In this document: positions 8,374-15,993 of the stretch, one piece after another
How the letters are laid out: every line of letters begins with the position of its first letter
Position numbering within the stretch: the stretch's first letter is position 1
From: a virus
Strand: one strand, 5' to 3'
Length of the DNA: 32,150 bases
UHGV virus genome: UHGV-0070112
Position numbers and translations under genes: made by a program
Notes under the pieces: model-generated
Database searches by the model: none
What the model saw: the letters and a program-made list of their open reading frames with translations, nothing else
What the model was told of the DNA's origin: nothing

Positions 8374-8476
8374 CCACAACGGAAAGAGCACTGGTAATCT
8401 GTAGCGGGTATTTACTCGCGCACGCCGTTTTGACGTGCGGCCCATTTCAGCATGGTCAATGATCTTACCTGTTGTG
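8374..8476 (-). other. Paired-motif element, late-leader copy
   Basis: Minus strand reads CACAACAGGTAAGATCATTG ... ~80 nt ... CCAGTGCTCTTTCCGTTGTGG; the two arms are imperfect reverse complements. A second copy is at 23361-23475 on the plus strand. No credible ORF in 7978-8538. Confidence 0.3.
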
Positions 8477-8538
8477 CGCTCCGTTTCGTGGAGCAGACGC
8501 CGCCGGAATCGCACCGGCAGAATCATCACATTGGTATA

Positions 8539-8570
8539 TGGTGCTGGTTGACGGAATCGAACCGCCGTAG
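8539..8570 (-). tRNA. tRNA 3' segment (T-arm, acceptor 3' strand, CCA)
   Basis: Minus strand ctac-GGCGG-TTCGATT-CCGTC-AACCAGC-A-CCA. Acceptor 3' strand AACCAGC is the exact complement of the 5' strand GCTGGTT at 9037-9043. Begins 1 nt after the HNH stop codon. Confidence 0.45.
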
Positions 8571-8990
8571 CTATTTCGTTATTTCCAATAAACCTGCGTG
8601 GACTTTTCTGTGGCAATTAGCACAGAGGACAATACACTTCCTCACTTCATCTTTAAGTCGATTTCGTGATCTGCCACATAGATTGGAAGGGTCGCCTTCT
8701 TTGCTGCCGGCGTTGTCATGATGAAGATCCAGAACAACAGGTTCTTTTTCTCCGCAATTTTGGCATCCTATGAAGCGTTTATATCGAGCTAGAAACTGAC
8801 GGTTTGAACTTGTTTTTCTCGTTCTCGTTGACTTTATTAGCTGTCGCCTTGACTCATTGGTTGCATAACTCAAAGCATCTCTTTCCTTAGCGCACGCCTT
8901 ACAGATATTTTGTAGGCCATCGCTCTTTCCTTTGTTTTTATGGAAATCGGAAGCAGATTTTAACTCTTTGCATTTGCTACAAATTTTCAT
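8571..8990 (-). CDS. HNH endonuclease with N-terminal Cys-rich motif
   Basis: 139 aa; N-terminal CSKCKELK...CKAC and C-terminal HNH motif (LDLHHDN...CANCHRKVH). AT-rich by eye. AGGA RBS. Lies between the two halves of the tRNA-like gene. Confidence 0.8.
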   Translation of the reverse strand: MKICSKCKELKSASDFHKNKGKSDGLQNICKACAKERDALSYATNESRRQLIKSTRTRKTSSNRQFLARYKRFIGCQNCGEKEPVVLDLHHDNAGSKEGDPSNLCGRSRNRLKDEVRKCIVLCANCHRKVHAGLLEITK

Positions 8991-9005
8991 CAGTATCCTA
9001 GGTCA

Positions 9006-9043
9006 TTACAAGGCAGGCGCTCTACCAGCTGAGCTAAACCAGC
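9006..9043 (-). tRNA. tRNA-Thr(UGU)-like 5' half (acceptor, D-arm, anticodon stem 5' strand and loop)
   Basis: Minus strand GCTGGTT-TA-GCTC-AGCTGGTA-GAGC-G-CCTGC-CTTGTAA with U33 and anticodon UGU. The expected 3' anticodon-stem strand GCAGG is absent; the sequence runs into the HNH RBS. Overlaps the last codons of the N6 methyltransferase. Confidence 0.45.
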
Positions 9044-10083
9044 AAATTGCGCATTTCACTGACCGTCTGTTCAAATCTCTCGGTTTCCAGTTCGACACCT
9101 AGTCCCCTTCGCCCGAGAAGAGCAGCCTGCTTGAGCGTTGAGCCTGATCCAAAAAAGAAATCAGCTACAACATCACCCGGGCGGCTACTCGCTGTGATTA
9201 TCTGCTCCAGCATATCCGCAGGCTTTTCACATGGGTGTTTACCTGGATAAAACTGAACAGGCTTATGAGTCCAGACGTCGGTATATGGCACCGTGACCGA
9301 TACGCTGAATGGTCGCCGTAAACGGTAATATTCCTGCTGGAGTTCAGAATATTTTCGGCTTAACGATTGCCAGGTAGCGACAAGCTGGTGGTGAGGTTTT
9401 CCCAGTTCGTTGCGTGAGTGCTTATCCATGGCGATTTTTTGAAACAAAGCCTGCAACTTTAAATAATCGGCTTCGTTCGGTAGCTGCCACTGACTAAGGC
9501 CAAACCAGTGGGAAACCATATTTTTCTTACCTGTGGCTTCTGCAATCTGAGCGGACGTCACGCCAAGAGATTCCCGTGCATCACGGAAGTAAGAAATTAA
9601 AGGCGTCATGACGTGTTGCTTTAACTCATTACACTTTGCGGCATATCCATCGTCTTTGGGCCTGTATGGCCCCTGATAATGGTCGGCAAAAATGATACGT
9701 TCCGTCGCCGGGAAATATGACCGGAGGCTTTCTTTATTGCATCCGTTCCAGCGTCCCGAAGGTTTAGCCCAGATGATATGGTTGAGCAGGTTAAACCGCT
9801 CTCTCACCAACAGCTCAATATCCGCTGCCAGGCGGTGCCCACAGAACAGATACATGCTGCCGGCAGGTTTTAACACTCGCCAGAACTGTGCCAGACAGCT
9901 ATCCAGCCAACGTAAATAGTCCTCGTCCCCCTTCCATTGGTTATCCCAGCCGTTTGGCTTCACCTTAAAGTAAGGCGGATCGGTAACAATAAGATCAATG
10001 GAGTTATCGGGTAGCGATGGGAGGTATTGCAGGCAATCAGCATTGATTAATTCAATACTGGATGTTTTTACAGTATTTTTCAT
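9034..10083 (-). CDS. DNA N6-adenine methyltransferase, beta class
   Basis: 349 aa; motif IV IVTDPPYF near the N-terminus and motif I FFFGSGSTL near the C-terminus, the beta-class order. No adjacent restriction endonuclease other than the small HNH ORF downstream. Confidence 0.8.
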   Translation of the reverse strand: MKNTVKTSSIELINADCLQYLPSLPDNSIDLIVTDPPYFKVKPNGWDNQWKGDEDYLRWLDSCLAQFWRVLKPAGSMYLFCGHRLAADIELLVRERFNLLNHIIWAKPSGRWNGCNKESLRSYFPATERIIFADHYQGPYRPKDDGYAAKCNELKQHVMTPLISYFRDARESLGVTSAQIAEATGKKNMVSHWFGLSQWQLPNEADYLKLQALFQKIAMDKHSRNELGKPHHQLVATWQSLSRKYSELQQEYYRLRRPFSVSVTVPYTDVWTHKPVQFYPGKHPCEKPADMLEQIITASSRPGDVVADFFFGSGSTLKQAALLGRRGLGVELETERFEQTVSEMRNLLV

Positions 10084-10232
10084 AGATCAGTAAGCGTAAC
10101 TCTGATAGGCTCACTTTGCTTTTGCGCTAAAGCAGTGGGCCGTGGTTAGCTTGTGACCTGAAAGCATGAGCTGATGGCTGGCCGGGTGCTACAACACCCA
10201 CCAGCCGCCCATTTTCACAGCAAAAGCCCCCA

Positions 10233-10424
10233 TTACTGGAGGCGCTTATAACATCCGAACTGATAATCAGATAACCCCGCCATTACCAGCTGCATAAGTA
10301 TGAGCTGGCAGCGTTCGCGGCTCAGGTGAGAACTCTGTGCAATCTCTCCAGCAGTAGCTGGTTTGTCACTTAGCTCATTCAAAACAGCCTTGGCTGTTTC
10401 CGTCATATCTTGCTGATTTAGCAT
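10233..10424 (-). CDS. Small winged-helix-like protein
   Basis: 63-aa ORF with helix-turn-helix-like core (ATAGEIAQSSHLSRERCQLILMQLVMAGL). First gene after the candidate late-operon terminator, upstream of the N6 methyltransferase. Confidence 0.45.
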   Translation of the reverse strand: MLNQQDMTETAKAVLNELSDKPATAGEIAQSSHLSRERCQLILMQLVMAGLSDYQFGCYKRLQ

Positions 10425-10503
10425 GTCTTTTACCTAAAAAAGTGGCGTGACATACAGATAACTCTCGTTACTGAGTACAGCAAGAAACAATCGCGATAAA
10501 CGT

Positions 10504-10524
10504 AAAAAAACCCGCCAGAGCGAG
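10504..10524 (-). terminator. Candidate tR'-like intrinsic terminator
   Basis: Minus strand CUCGC-UCUG-GCGGG followed by seven U. Sits ~120 nt downstream of a promoter-like TTGTCA/TTGTAA region in the 10525-10642 intergenic gap. Confidence 0.35.
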
Positions 10525-10642
10525 TTTTTAATGTTTAAGCTGTGTGTCGAAGTGACCACTCTTAACACGTTACATAACAAAATGCGGACCGCGTTAGTGA
10601 TTTTTTTATTTCCTCACGCTAAGGTAGGTTTACAAGAACGGA

Positions 10643-11527
10643 TTGACAAAAATTGAGGCAACCTTGGAAAGTTCGACCACCTTTAAAATCTTCTACGATG
10701 CTGAAGATGATGAGTTAGCACAGCATAAAATTGACGCGAAAACTTTAAGTCTTTCAATTGGCTCAATGGCAGAATTGATTTCCAAAGCAGATAAAAATCT
10801 TAATGACGGGCAAGAAACAGTCAAATTAATGGTTACAACACCTGCTGCTGAAGGCTCAATTGGTGTTGTTTATTCAATGATGGAGTTAGTCCCTAATGCT
10901 ATAAACGTGGCTAAAGTTATCGGTTTAACGGCAGCAGGAGGGGCTTTTATTGGTGCTCCCGCGCTTTCATTGATCCGGCAGTTAGGGAGTAAAAGAGTTA
11001 TATCGATTACTAAAAGACCCCAGACGCATGAAGCCGTCCTTGAGCTTGAAGATGGGGAAATTGTTTGTAACGATGCTGTTGCAAAATTAGTTACTGATCC
11101 TGAAATACGTCAAGCTCTGGTTAACGTCGTAAGGGCTCCTCTTGATGGTAAAACCAATCCTGTTTTTAAAATCCTTGACCAGGAAGGTAACGAGGTCTTG
11201 CGGCTTGAGAATGAGGAAACAGAAGAGGTAAAACCTTTACCTCGTGGTACACTTCTTGAAAAAGAAGTATCAATCGATGAGGTGAATGTTCGATTCGTCC
11301 AAGTGAACTTTGAAGGAAACAAAGGATGGAGAATTGATTACCTTGGGGATGAACATTCAGTTAGCCTAGATGACAACGTGTTCCTTTCTCAGGTCCAAGC
11401 TGCAACAGTGCAATTCTCCAAAGAAGATCTTTACGTTGTTGATCTAGAAACTATTAAAACGTACACAGCCCGTGGGGTAACGCATCGTTACACCATAAAG
11501 AAGGTTAAGCGTAAGCGCCCAGCGTAA
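10643..11527 (+). CDS. Hypothetical protein A of AT-rich three-gene cassette
   Basis: 294 aa, no recognisable catalytic motif. TTG start (first in-frame ATG is 40 codons in); AGGTAGG upstream. Visibly AT-rich. Convergent with Q. Confidence 0.45.
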   Translation: MTKIEATLESSTTFKIFYDAEDDELAQHKIDAKTLSLSIGSMAELISKADKNLNDGQETVKLMVTTPAAEGSIGVVYSMMELVPNAINVAKVIGLTAAGGAFIGAPALSLIRQLGSKRVISITKRPQTHEAVLELEDGEIVCNDAVAKLVTDPEIRQALVNVVRAPLDGKTNPVFKILDQEGNEVLRLENEETEEVKPLPRGTLLEKEVSIDEVNVRFVQVNFEGNKGWRIDYLGDEHSVSLDDNVFLSQVQAATVQFSKEDLYVVDLETIKTYTARGVTHRYTIKKVKRKRPA

Positions 11528-11533
11528 GTAGGA

Positions 11534-11800
11534 GTGATGGTAAACCAGCAACTTTTTGAACTAGCGATGTGGGTAGGGGTGATAATGGCTTCCCCCCTGC
11601 TTTTTCGTTTTTCATATGCTGCATCTGCCTTGTTATGGCGGAGGGTTTTCCCTACTCGTAAATTTGAGTTTTCGTATAAGGATGAAAATTCTCAAACCAT
11701 ACGCTCTGTAACAATCCTTATCCCAAGAAATAGAAGCAAAACCCTTGTTCAGTTGATAGATGAAGCCCGAAAGAACGGGGACAGAAACAGTGGCAAATGA
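11534..11800 (+). CDS. Hypothetical small membrane protein B of cassette
   Basis: 88 aa with one N-terminal TM helix (LFELAMWVGVIMASPLLF). Starts 7 nt after the gene A stop with AGGAG just upstream. Confidence 0.4.
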   Translation: MMVNQQLFELAMWVGVIMASPLLFRFSYAASALLWRRVFPTRKFEFSYKDENSQTIRSVTILIPRNRSKTLVQLIDEARKNGDRNSGK

Positions 11801-12206
11801 TAAGAAAACCACCAGTCCAGTGTCATCGACACTTTCAACTGGGGGCATAGGCATAATTCTATCTGGTTTGGTTACCTATTTTGTGCCAGAAACCAAGTCT
11901 GGACTAGCTAAGCTATTGTATTTATTCATCCCTTTTGTTTCAGCTATTTTGACCTACCTTATGGCTTGGGTTATAGCCCGGCATGGACTTGAATCTCCTG
12001 AAGATGCAGCCAAACGGGCAAACTTCTTGAGAGATTTAGCCACAATTGATGTTGAACTTGCTAATGATAACAACTCTGAAGAATTCAAGGAAAAGTTAAG
12101 AAAATCAAGAGAGAAAACTGTAGAGATGATGATTAACATTGGAAAGGAAAGCACTTTTACTTTCTTTGATAAAAGTAATGAACAATCAGCAAAGGGCAGC
12201 GATTAA
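11760..12206 (+). CDS. Hypothetical membrane protein C of cassette
   Basis: 148 aa with two TM helices (GGIGIILSGLVTYFV, LLYLFIPFVSAILTYLMAWVI) then a charged helical tail. Overlaps gene B by 41 nt in another frame; start may be GTG at 11790. Confidence 0.4.
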   Translation: MKPERTGTETVANDKKTTSPVSSTLSTGGIGIILSGLVTYFVPETKSGLAKLLYLFIPFVSAILTYLMAWVIARHGLESPEDAAKRANFLRDLATIDVELANDNNSEEFKEKLRKSREKTVEMMINIGKESTFTFFDKSNEQSAKGSD

Positions 12207-12221
12207 CTGCCCTCTTATAAC

Positions 12222-12587
12222 TTAACAATCTAGATCAAGACGGATGTCTAACATTGATAGACATCCGTCAATAAAACCTTCAGCCATCTGTATCTCGATC
12301 CGGATCAACTTCTCATCTTTCTTTTGCGCCTTAGCTATTTTACGTTTCGAGATACCGTACAGGTAATGAGCCACGAGCAAACTGTGCTCGTATGGCTTCT
12401 TTTCTCGAAGCCTTGCCAAACAGCCTTCTATGATCAGCGCATCATCATCAGTACAGCACAAGCGCGTTTTTCCGCCCTGCGGAAGAAGCCCCTTAAAACC
12501 TGCTGCAATGTGGGAATAATCAATACCGGAGCTGTCAGCTGCCGCCCAGCCTCCCCATAAATCTAAAACCTTTTGCATGTCACGCAT
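12222..12587 (-). CDS. Phage antitermination protein Q (QuuD-like)
   Basis: 121 aa; motifs LDLWGGWAA, FKGLL, CCTDDDALIIEGCLARL match the small Q-family antiterminators of lambdoid prophages as I recall them. Confidence 0.7.
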   Translation of the reverse strand: MRDMQKVLDLWGGWAAADSSGIDYSHIAAGFKGLLPQGGKTRLCCTDDDALIIEGCLARLREKKPYEHSLLVAHYLYGISKRKIAKAQKKDEKLIRIEIQMAEGFIDGCLSMLDIRLDLDC

Positions 12588-12604
12588 TCATATTCTCCAT
12601 ACAC

Positions 12605-13660
12605 TTATGCTTTTACAATGACGCCGATACCCATTACCCGATCCAGAAAACGAGCCCACAGCTCTAACTGAGTGCCATATTTCTTTTCGAACTCTGATGT
12701 ATTGGCGTGTAATTCATCGTGATGCACTCTGCACAGTGGTATCACGAAGAGATCATGGGCCTTGGTGCCAGTTCCCCCCAGACCATTCCCTATTATATGG
12801 TGTGGATCGTCTGATGGTTGCCTACAGCATTCACATGGCTGAGTTTTAACCCAACGTGTGTAAACTTCGCAGGTCCAGCGCCGGCGCTTTGGGCGGCGCA
12901 TAAATGATTCGGGGCTGTTCGGATCGACACTAAGCCTCAGAATGGGTTTACTTTCACTCTGAGTTTGCTCAATGAGTACACTGGCTTCCGCCAGGTCTAT
13001 GCCCTCGACAAGATCCTGAAGGATTTCACCTGCAGCAAATGACGGGACAATATCGCTATCCTTATAAACGGACAGGAAAGGTTCCTCAGGCAGTCTTAAG
13101 GCCTGTTGCGCCATCGTCTCGGTTATTGCGTCAGCAATGCCGGATTTCACAGCCCACCAGCAGAGCTCCGCCATCGATAATTCGCGCTCCTTATTGTATC
13201 CAAGGCTGATCTGCACCCTTTCAATCACCCACTGAACCAGATTCTGATAAGCCAGCTCTGACAACATTTCGGTGGCCTGCTCACGTAATTCATTATCACA
13301 ATGCCAGCAGACAACCATGGCGCCAGGCGGATGCCGCATAGTCACTAATTCATGGTGGTGATAGTGGGAATGCGGGTACTGGCACTCTCTGACATGTCGT
13401 AGAAGCCAGGCCTCAAGAGCGTTTATTCCACCAGCTGCGTTAATAACCCTCTCATCCCTCATGAAAAAACGCAGAATGTCCATTTCGGCAAGCGGCTGAC
13501 GTGCATCGGCGATCCGCCCAGTAGGCAGTGTTTTCATTTTCTCTGGCTGACGCTCTATCAGGACACGGCCGCCGGTAAAGAGAGACATCAATTCGCGGCC
13601 TGGTTTGAAAAGAACAACGCCCAGGCGCGGCACAATTTCCGGAGTAAGCAATGCTCGCAC
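12605..13660 (-). CDS. Phage protein with C-terminal HNH-like Cys/His motif (DUF968-like)
   Basis: 351 aa; C-terminal CECCRQPSDDPHHIIGNGLGGTGTKAHDLFVIPLCRVHHDELH. Family name is from recollection. Confidence 0.5.
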   Translation of the reverse strand: MRALLTPEIVPRLGVVLFKPGRELMSLFTGGRVLIERQPEKMKTLPTGRIADARQPLAEMDILRFFMRDERVINAAGGINALEAWLLRHVRECQYPHSHYHHHELVTMRHPPGAMVVCWHCDNELREQATEMLSELAYQNLVQWVIERVQISLGYNKERELSMAELCWWAVKSGIADAITETMAQQALRLPEEPFLSVYKDSDIVPSFAAGEILQDLVEGIDLAEASVLIEQTQSESKPILRLSVDPNSPESFMRRPKRRRWTCEVYTRWVKTQPCECCRQPSDDPHHIIGNGLGGTGTKAHDLFVIPLCRVHHDELHANTSEFEKKYGTQLELWARFLDRVMGIGVIVKA

Positions 13661-13668
13661 AATCCCCC

Positions 13669-14199
13669 CTAAACAGTCAGATCTTTAAGCTTCTGCACGG
13701 CTTTACCAACTTCAGCCATAGCATCTACGAACTCGTCAAACTTCCTGCTGGCCATTCCATATGCCTGGAGAATTTCCAACTTCAAGGGATCGAGCTGTTT
13801 CTTAATTTCTGCACGATCCCCTGCTTTTTTCTCCGCTTCCTCTGCCGCTTTGATCAAGGCGTCGGCCTGTTTACGTAATGCTTCCGGAGTTACTTCGAGC
13901 TGTTTATTCATTTTGCATTCCATCGTCGGCTGAGGAGGTGTCATTACAGGCGCCACAGATTTGTGACCATATTTCGGGTGGTGCAAGGTAGTAGACCTTC
14001 CATCATCTATCACGCAGAGCATCCCGCTTTCCCGGATTATTTCGATCAGGGTCTCTTTGTCTTTGCGATTGAGCCCACTGTATGCCGCCACTTTGTGCGT
14101 CAGGTGGGTTAGCGTTGCGCCTTCTGGTTGCCTCTCTACAAAACGCTTTACCCTGGAAAGCACTGGTTGCAGGTGTGGGGGAGTCATTCTCATGTTCAC
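13669..14199 (-). CDS. Hypothetical protein
   Basis: 176-aa ORF in the nin-like block; helical, Lys/Glu-rich C-terminal half. Confidence 0.45.
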   Translation of the reverse strand: MNMRMTPPHLQPVLSRVKRFVERQPEGATLTHLTHKVAAYSGLNRKDKETLIEIIRESGMLCVIDDGRSTTLHHPKYGHKSVAPVMTPPQPTMECKMNKQLEVTPEALRKQADALIKAAEEAEKKAGDRAEIKKQLDPLKLEILQAYGMASRKFDEFVDAMAEVGKAVQKLKDLTV

Positions 14200-14202
14200 C
14201 CC

Positions 14203-15045
14203 TTACTGCGTGACAACGCCAATGAGCTTTAAAAGCTCAGGAAATTTCGATTCGAAGAAGTGCGGTTGCGTCTCACGTGGATTTGCCGGGCTGGTGATGT
14301 TTTTACCGTACAGACAACCTTTTGCCGTAACAGACCAGAATCTTTTCACGCCATTGATACCCGTTCGGCTGCGGCGCTCCTTCTGCTCGACTATGCCGTG
14401 ACCAGCCATAAGGTGATAAGCCTGGTTCGCGGTCATTCTGATGTTGTTAGCTTTAAGCAAAGCGCTAAGAGACAGCGTTGGTCTGCTGGAACCATCCTGC
14501 GCGCCAGCTGGTGCATCAATGGCATATGAAGGCATTAAATCAGGCAGCCCTGCTACCTGCTGAAGCTTCTGATATGCCCCGAGCTTTGACGAATTAGAGA
14601 GATTGAGCATTTTGGCTGCAGATTCCAGGAGGATTATGCCGGCTTGAATGCGATCGGTATTGACGGTTGCAGCCCCAGCAGTGTGGAGCGCGTCAAACGT
14701 TCTGATGACCTTCAGATTAAAAACAGCGCTGATCCACATCGCGTAGGCATACACCAACTCACGGCAAACATAGGTACCTTGCTCATTTCCGCCGCGGATG
14801 ACACTTACAGGTTCTGAAATATCCGAGTTGCTATTTTGCAACTCGCCTATCAATTGCGCAGTTTGTTCGTTACGGAGCCAGAATGCAGGCTTATGGCGGT
14901 CAAGGGAGCCGGAAGCACGATGGAGATCGTTTAGGCAATAACGACCAAGGACATCACGACGAACAGAAATACCATCAATAACAAAAAAATTGTGATTATT
15001 GGATGCAGCAGCACCCATGACGTGGTTAGTCATAGCTTTCTCCAT
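14203..15045 (-). CDS. KilA-N domain protein (antirepressor-like)
   Basis: 280 aa; N-terminal FFVIDGISVRRDVLGRYCLNDLHRASG...KPAFWLRNEQT resembles the KilA-N domain. Confidence 0.55.
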   Translation of the reverse strand: MEKAMTNHVMGAAASNNHNFFVIDGISVRRDVLGRYCLNDLHRASGSLDRHKPAFWLRNEQTAQLIGELQNSNSDISEPVSVIRGGNEQGTYVCRELVYAYAMWISAVFNLKVIRTFDALHTAGAATVNTDRIQAGIILLESAAKMLNLSNSSKLGAYQKLQQVAGLPDLMPSYAIDAPAGAQDGSSRPTLSLSALLKANNIRMTANQAYHLMAGHGIVEQKERRSRTGINGVKRFWSVTAKGCLYGKNITSPANPRETQPHFFESKFPELLKLIGVVTQ

Positions 15046-15121
15046 ACATTTTTATGTGACGAAGGGCCTGCACGCCCGTTTCGTTTGCACTCTTTGACAT
15101 TACTGCCATATCGGCGAACTT

Positions 15122-15520
15122 TCAACCCACAGCTGTACATACATCCACCACTTTTTGATAGCAGACTATGGTGATTTCTACCCTGCCTCCTTTGACGATT
15201 TCACCCCATTCAATAGCCATACGCTTAACCTGGTTGTCGTCCTCCCAGATACCGGCATAAGTCAAAGCATCAAGAAGTGCCTTGTTGTAATTGTCCAGGT
15301 CACGCCGGCGATAGTCTGGCGGATAGAGAATAATTTCTACAGCTGCTGGCGCGGTAGATGGTTTTGGTATTGCACGCAGTTGCTCAATGATCGCTGACCG
15401 TACTGCATGTTTGAATTTACGGCCGGCTGCGCTGACAAGGTGTTTGCCTTTTGCGGGCCCCTTATTTGGGGACCGCCAGTAGGTGTTCACGCTGGGTGGG
15501 AATGGAAGAATAAATTTCAT
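15122..15520 (-). CDS. rusA: Holliday junction resolvase RusA
   Basis: 132 aa; PPSVNTYW and RRRDLDNYNKALLDALT are characteristic RusA motifs. Confidence 0.8.
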   Translation of the reverse strand: MKFILPFPPSVNTYWRSPNKGPAKGKHLVSAAGRKFKHAVRSAIIEQLRAIPKPSTAPAAVEIILYPPDYRRRDLDNYNKALLDALTYAGIWEDDNQVKRMAIEWGEIVKGGRVEITIVCYQKVVDVCTAVG

Positions 15521-15993
15521 TCTGCCTCCAGCACTATTTTCAACTCAAACGGAACATCTCCTCCGCAATAGCAGAGCGGGCCAAGGTCAGACATGAGGCT
15601 CCACAGGGTCATTGACGTATAGCCATTTTCGTCTGTTATCGGGGGCGAAAAGTCCCCGAAGATCCTCGGGTGCTGGATTCGATTCTGCTCGTGTTGTTTT
15701 TCCAAATGTCTGAGGGAAACTTCATTAAGTTTCACTTTTACGATGCTGTTGAGATTGACCGATATTTCTCTGGCCAACAGCGAAGGGGTGATACTGATAC
15801 CGCGAGAAACCCCGCGGGTGATTGTGATAACACCCTTTTTCTCCAACGCCTTGAGGTGTGTTGCTGCTGCATTGGGGGACCGGCACCCCAGCATGCCGGT
15901 CAGTTCGTAAGTTGTAGGCGGAAAACCATGTTTACGCTGATATTCGATCAGGAGGTCCAGGACCTCCTGCTGCCTTAAGGTCAAGGAAGTCAT
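15517..15993 (-). CDS. LexA-like N-terminal DNA-binding domain protein without S24 peptidase domain
   Basis: Start revised to ATG 15993 (MTSLTLRQQEVLDLLIEYQRKHGFPPTTYELTGMLGCRSPNAAATHLKALEKKGVI...), closely resembling the LexA winged-helix domain. C-terminal ~80 aa unrecognised. ATG overlaps the C5-MTase stop (ATGA); its own stop overlaps the rusA start. Confidence 0.6.
   Translation of the reverse strand: MTSLTLRQQEVLDLLIEYQRKHGFPPTTYELTGMLGCRSPNAAATHLKALEKKGVITITRGVSRGISITPSLLAREISVNLNSIVKVKLNEVSLRHLEKQHEQNRIQHPRIFGDFSPPITDENGYTSMTLWSLMSDLGPLCYCGGDVPFELKIVLEAE

Noticed and set aside
8571-9005. Group I intron interpretation of the insert in the tRNA-like gene
   Set aside because: The 435-bp insert is almost entirely the HNH ORF plus its RBS, leaving no room for a ribozyme core, and the 3' anticodon-stem strand is missing rather than displaced. 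Kept only as an alternative to be tested.
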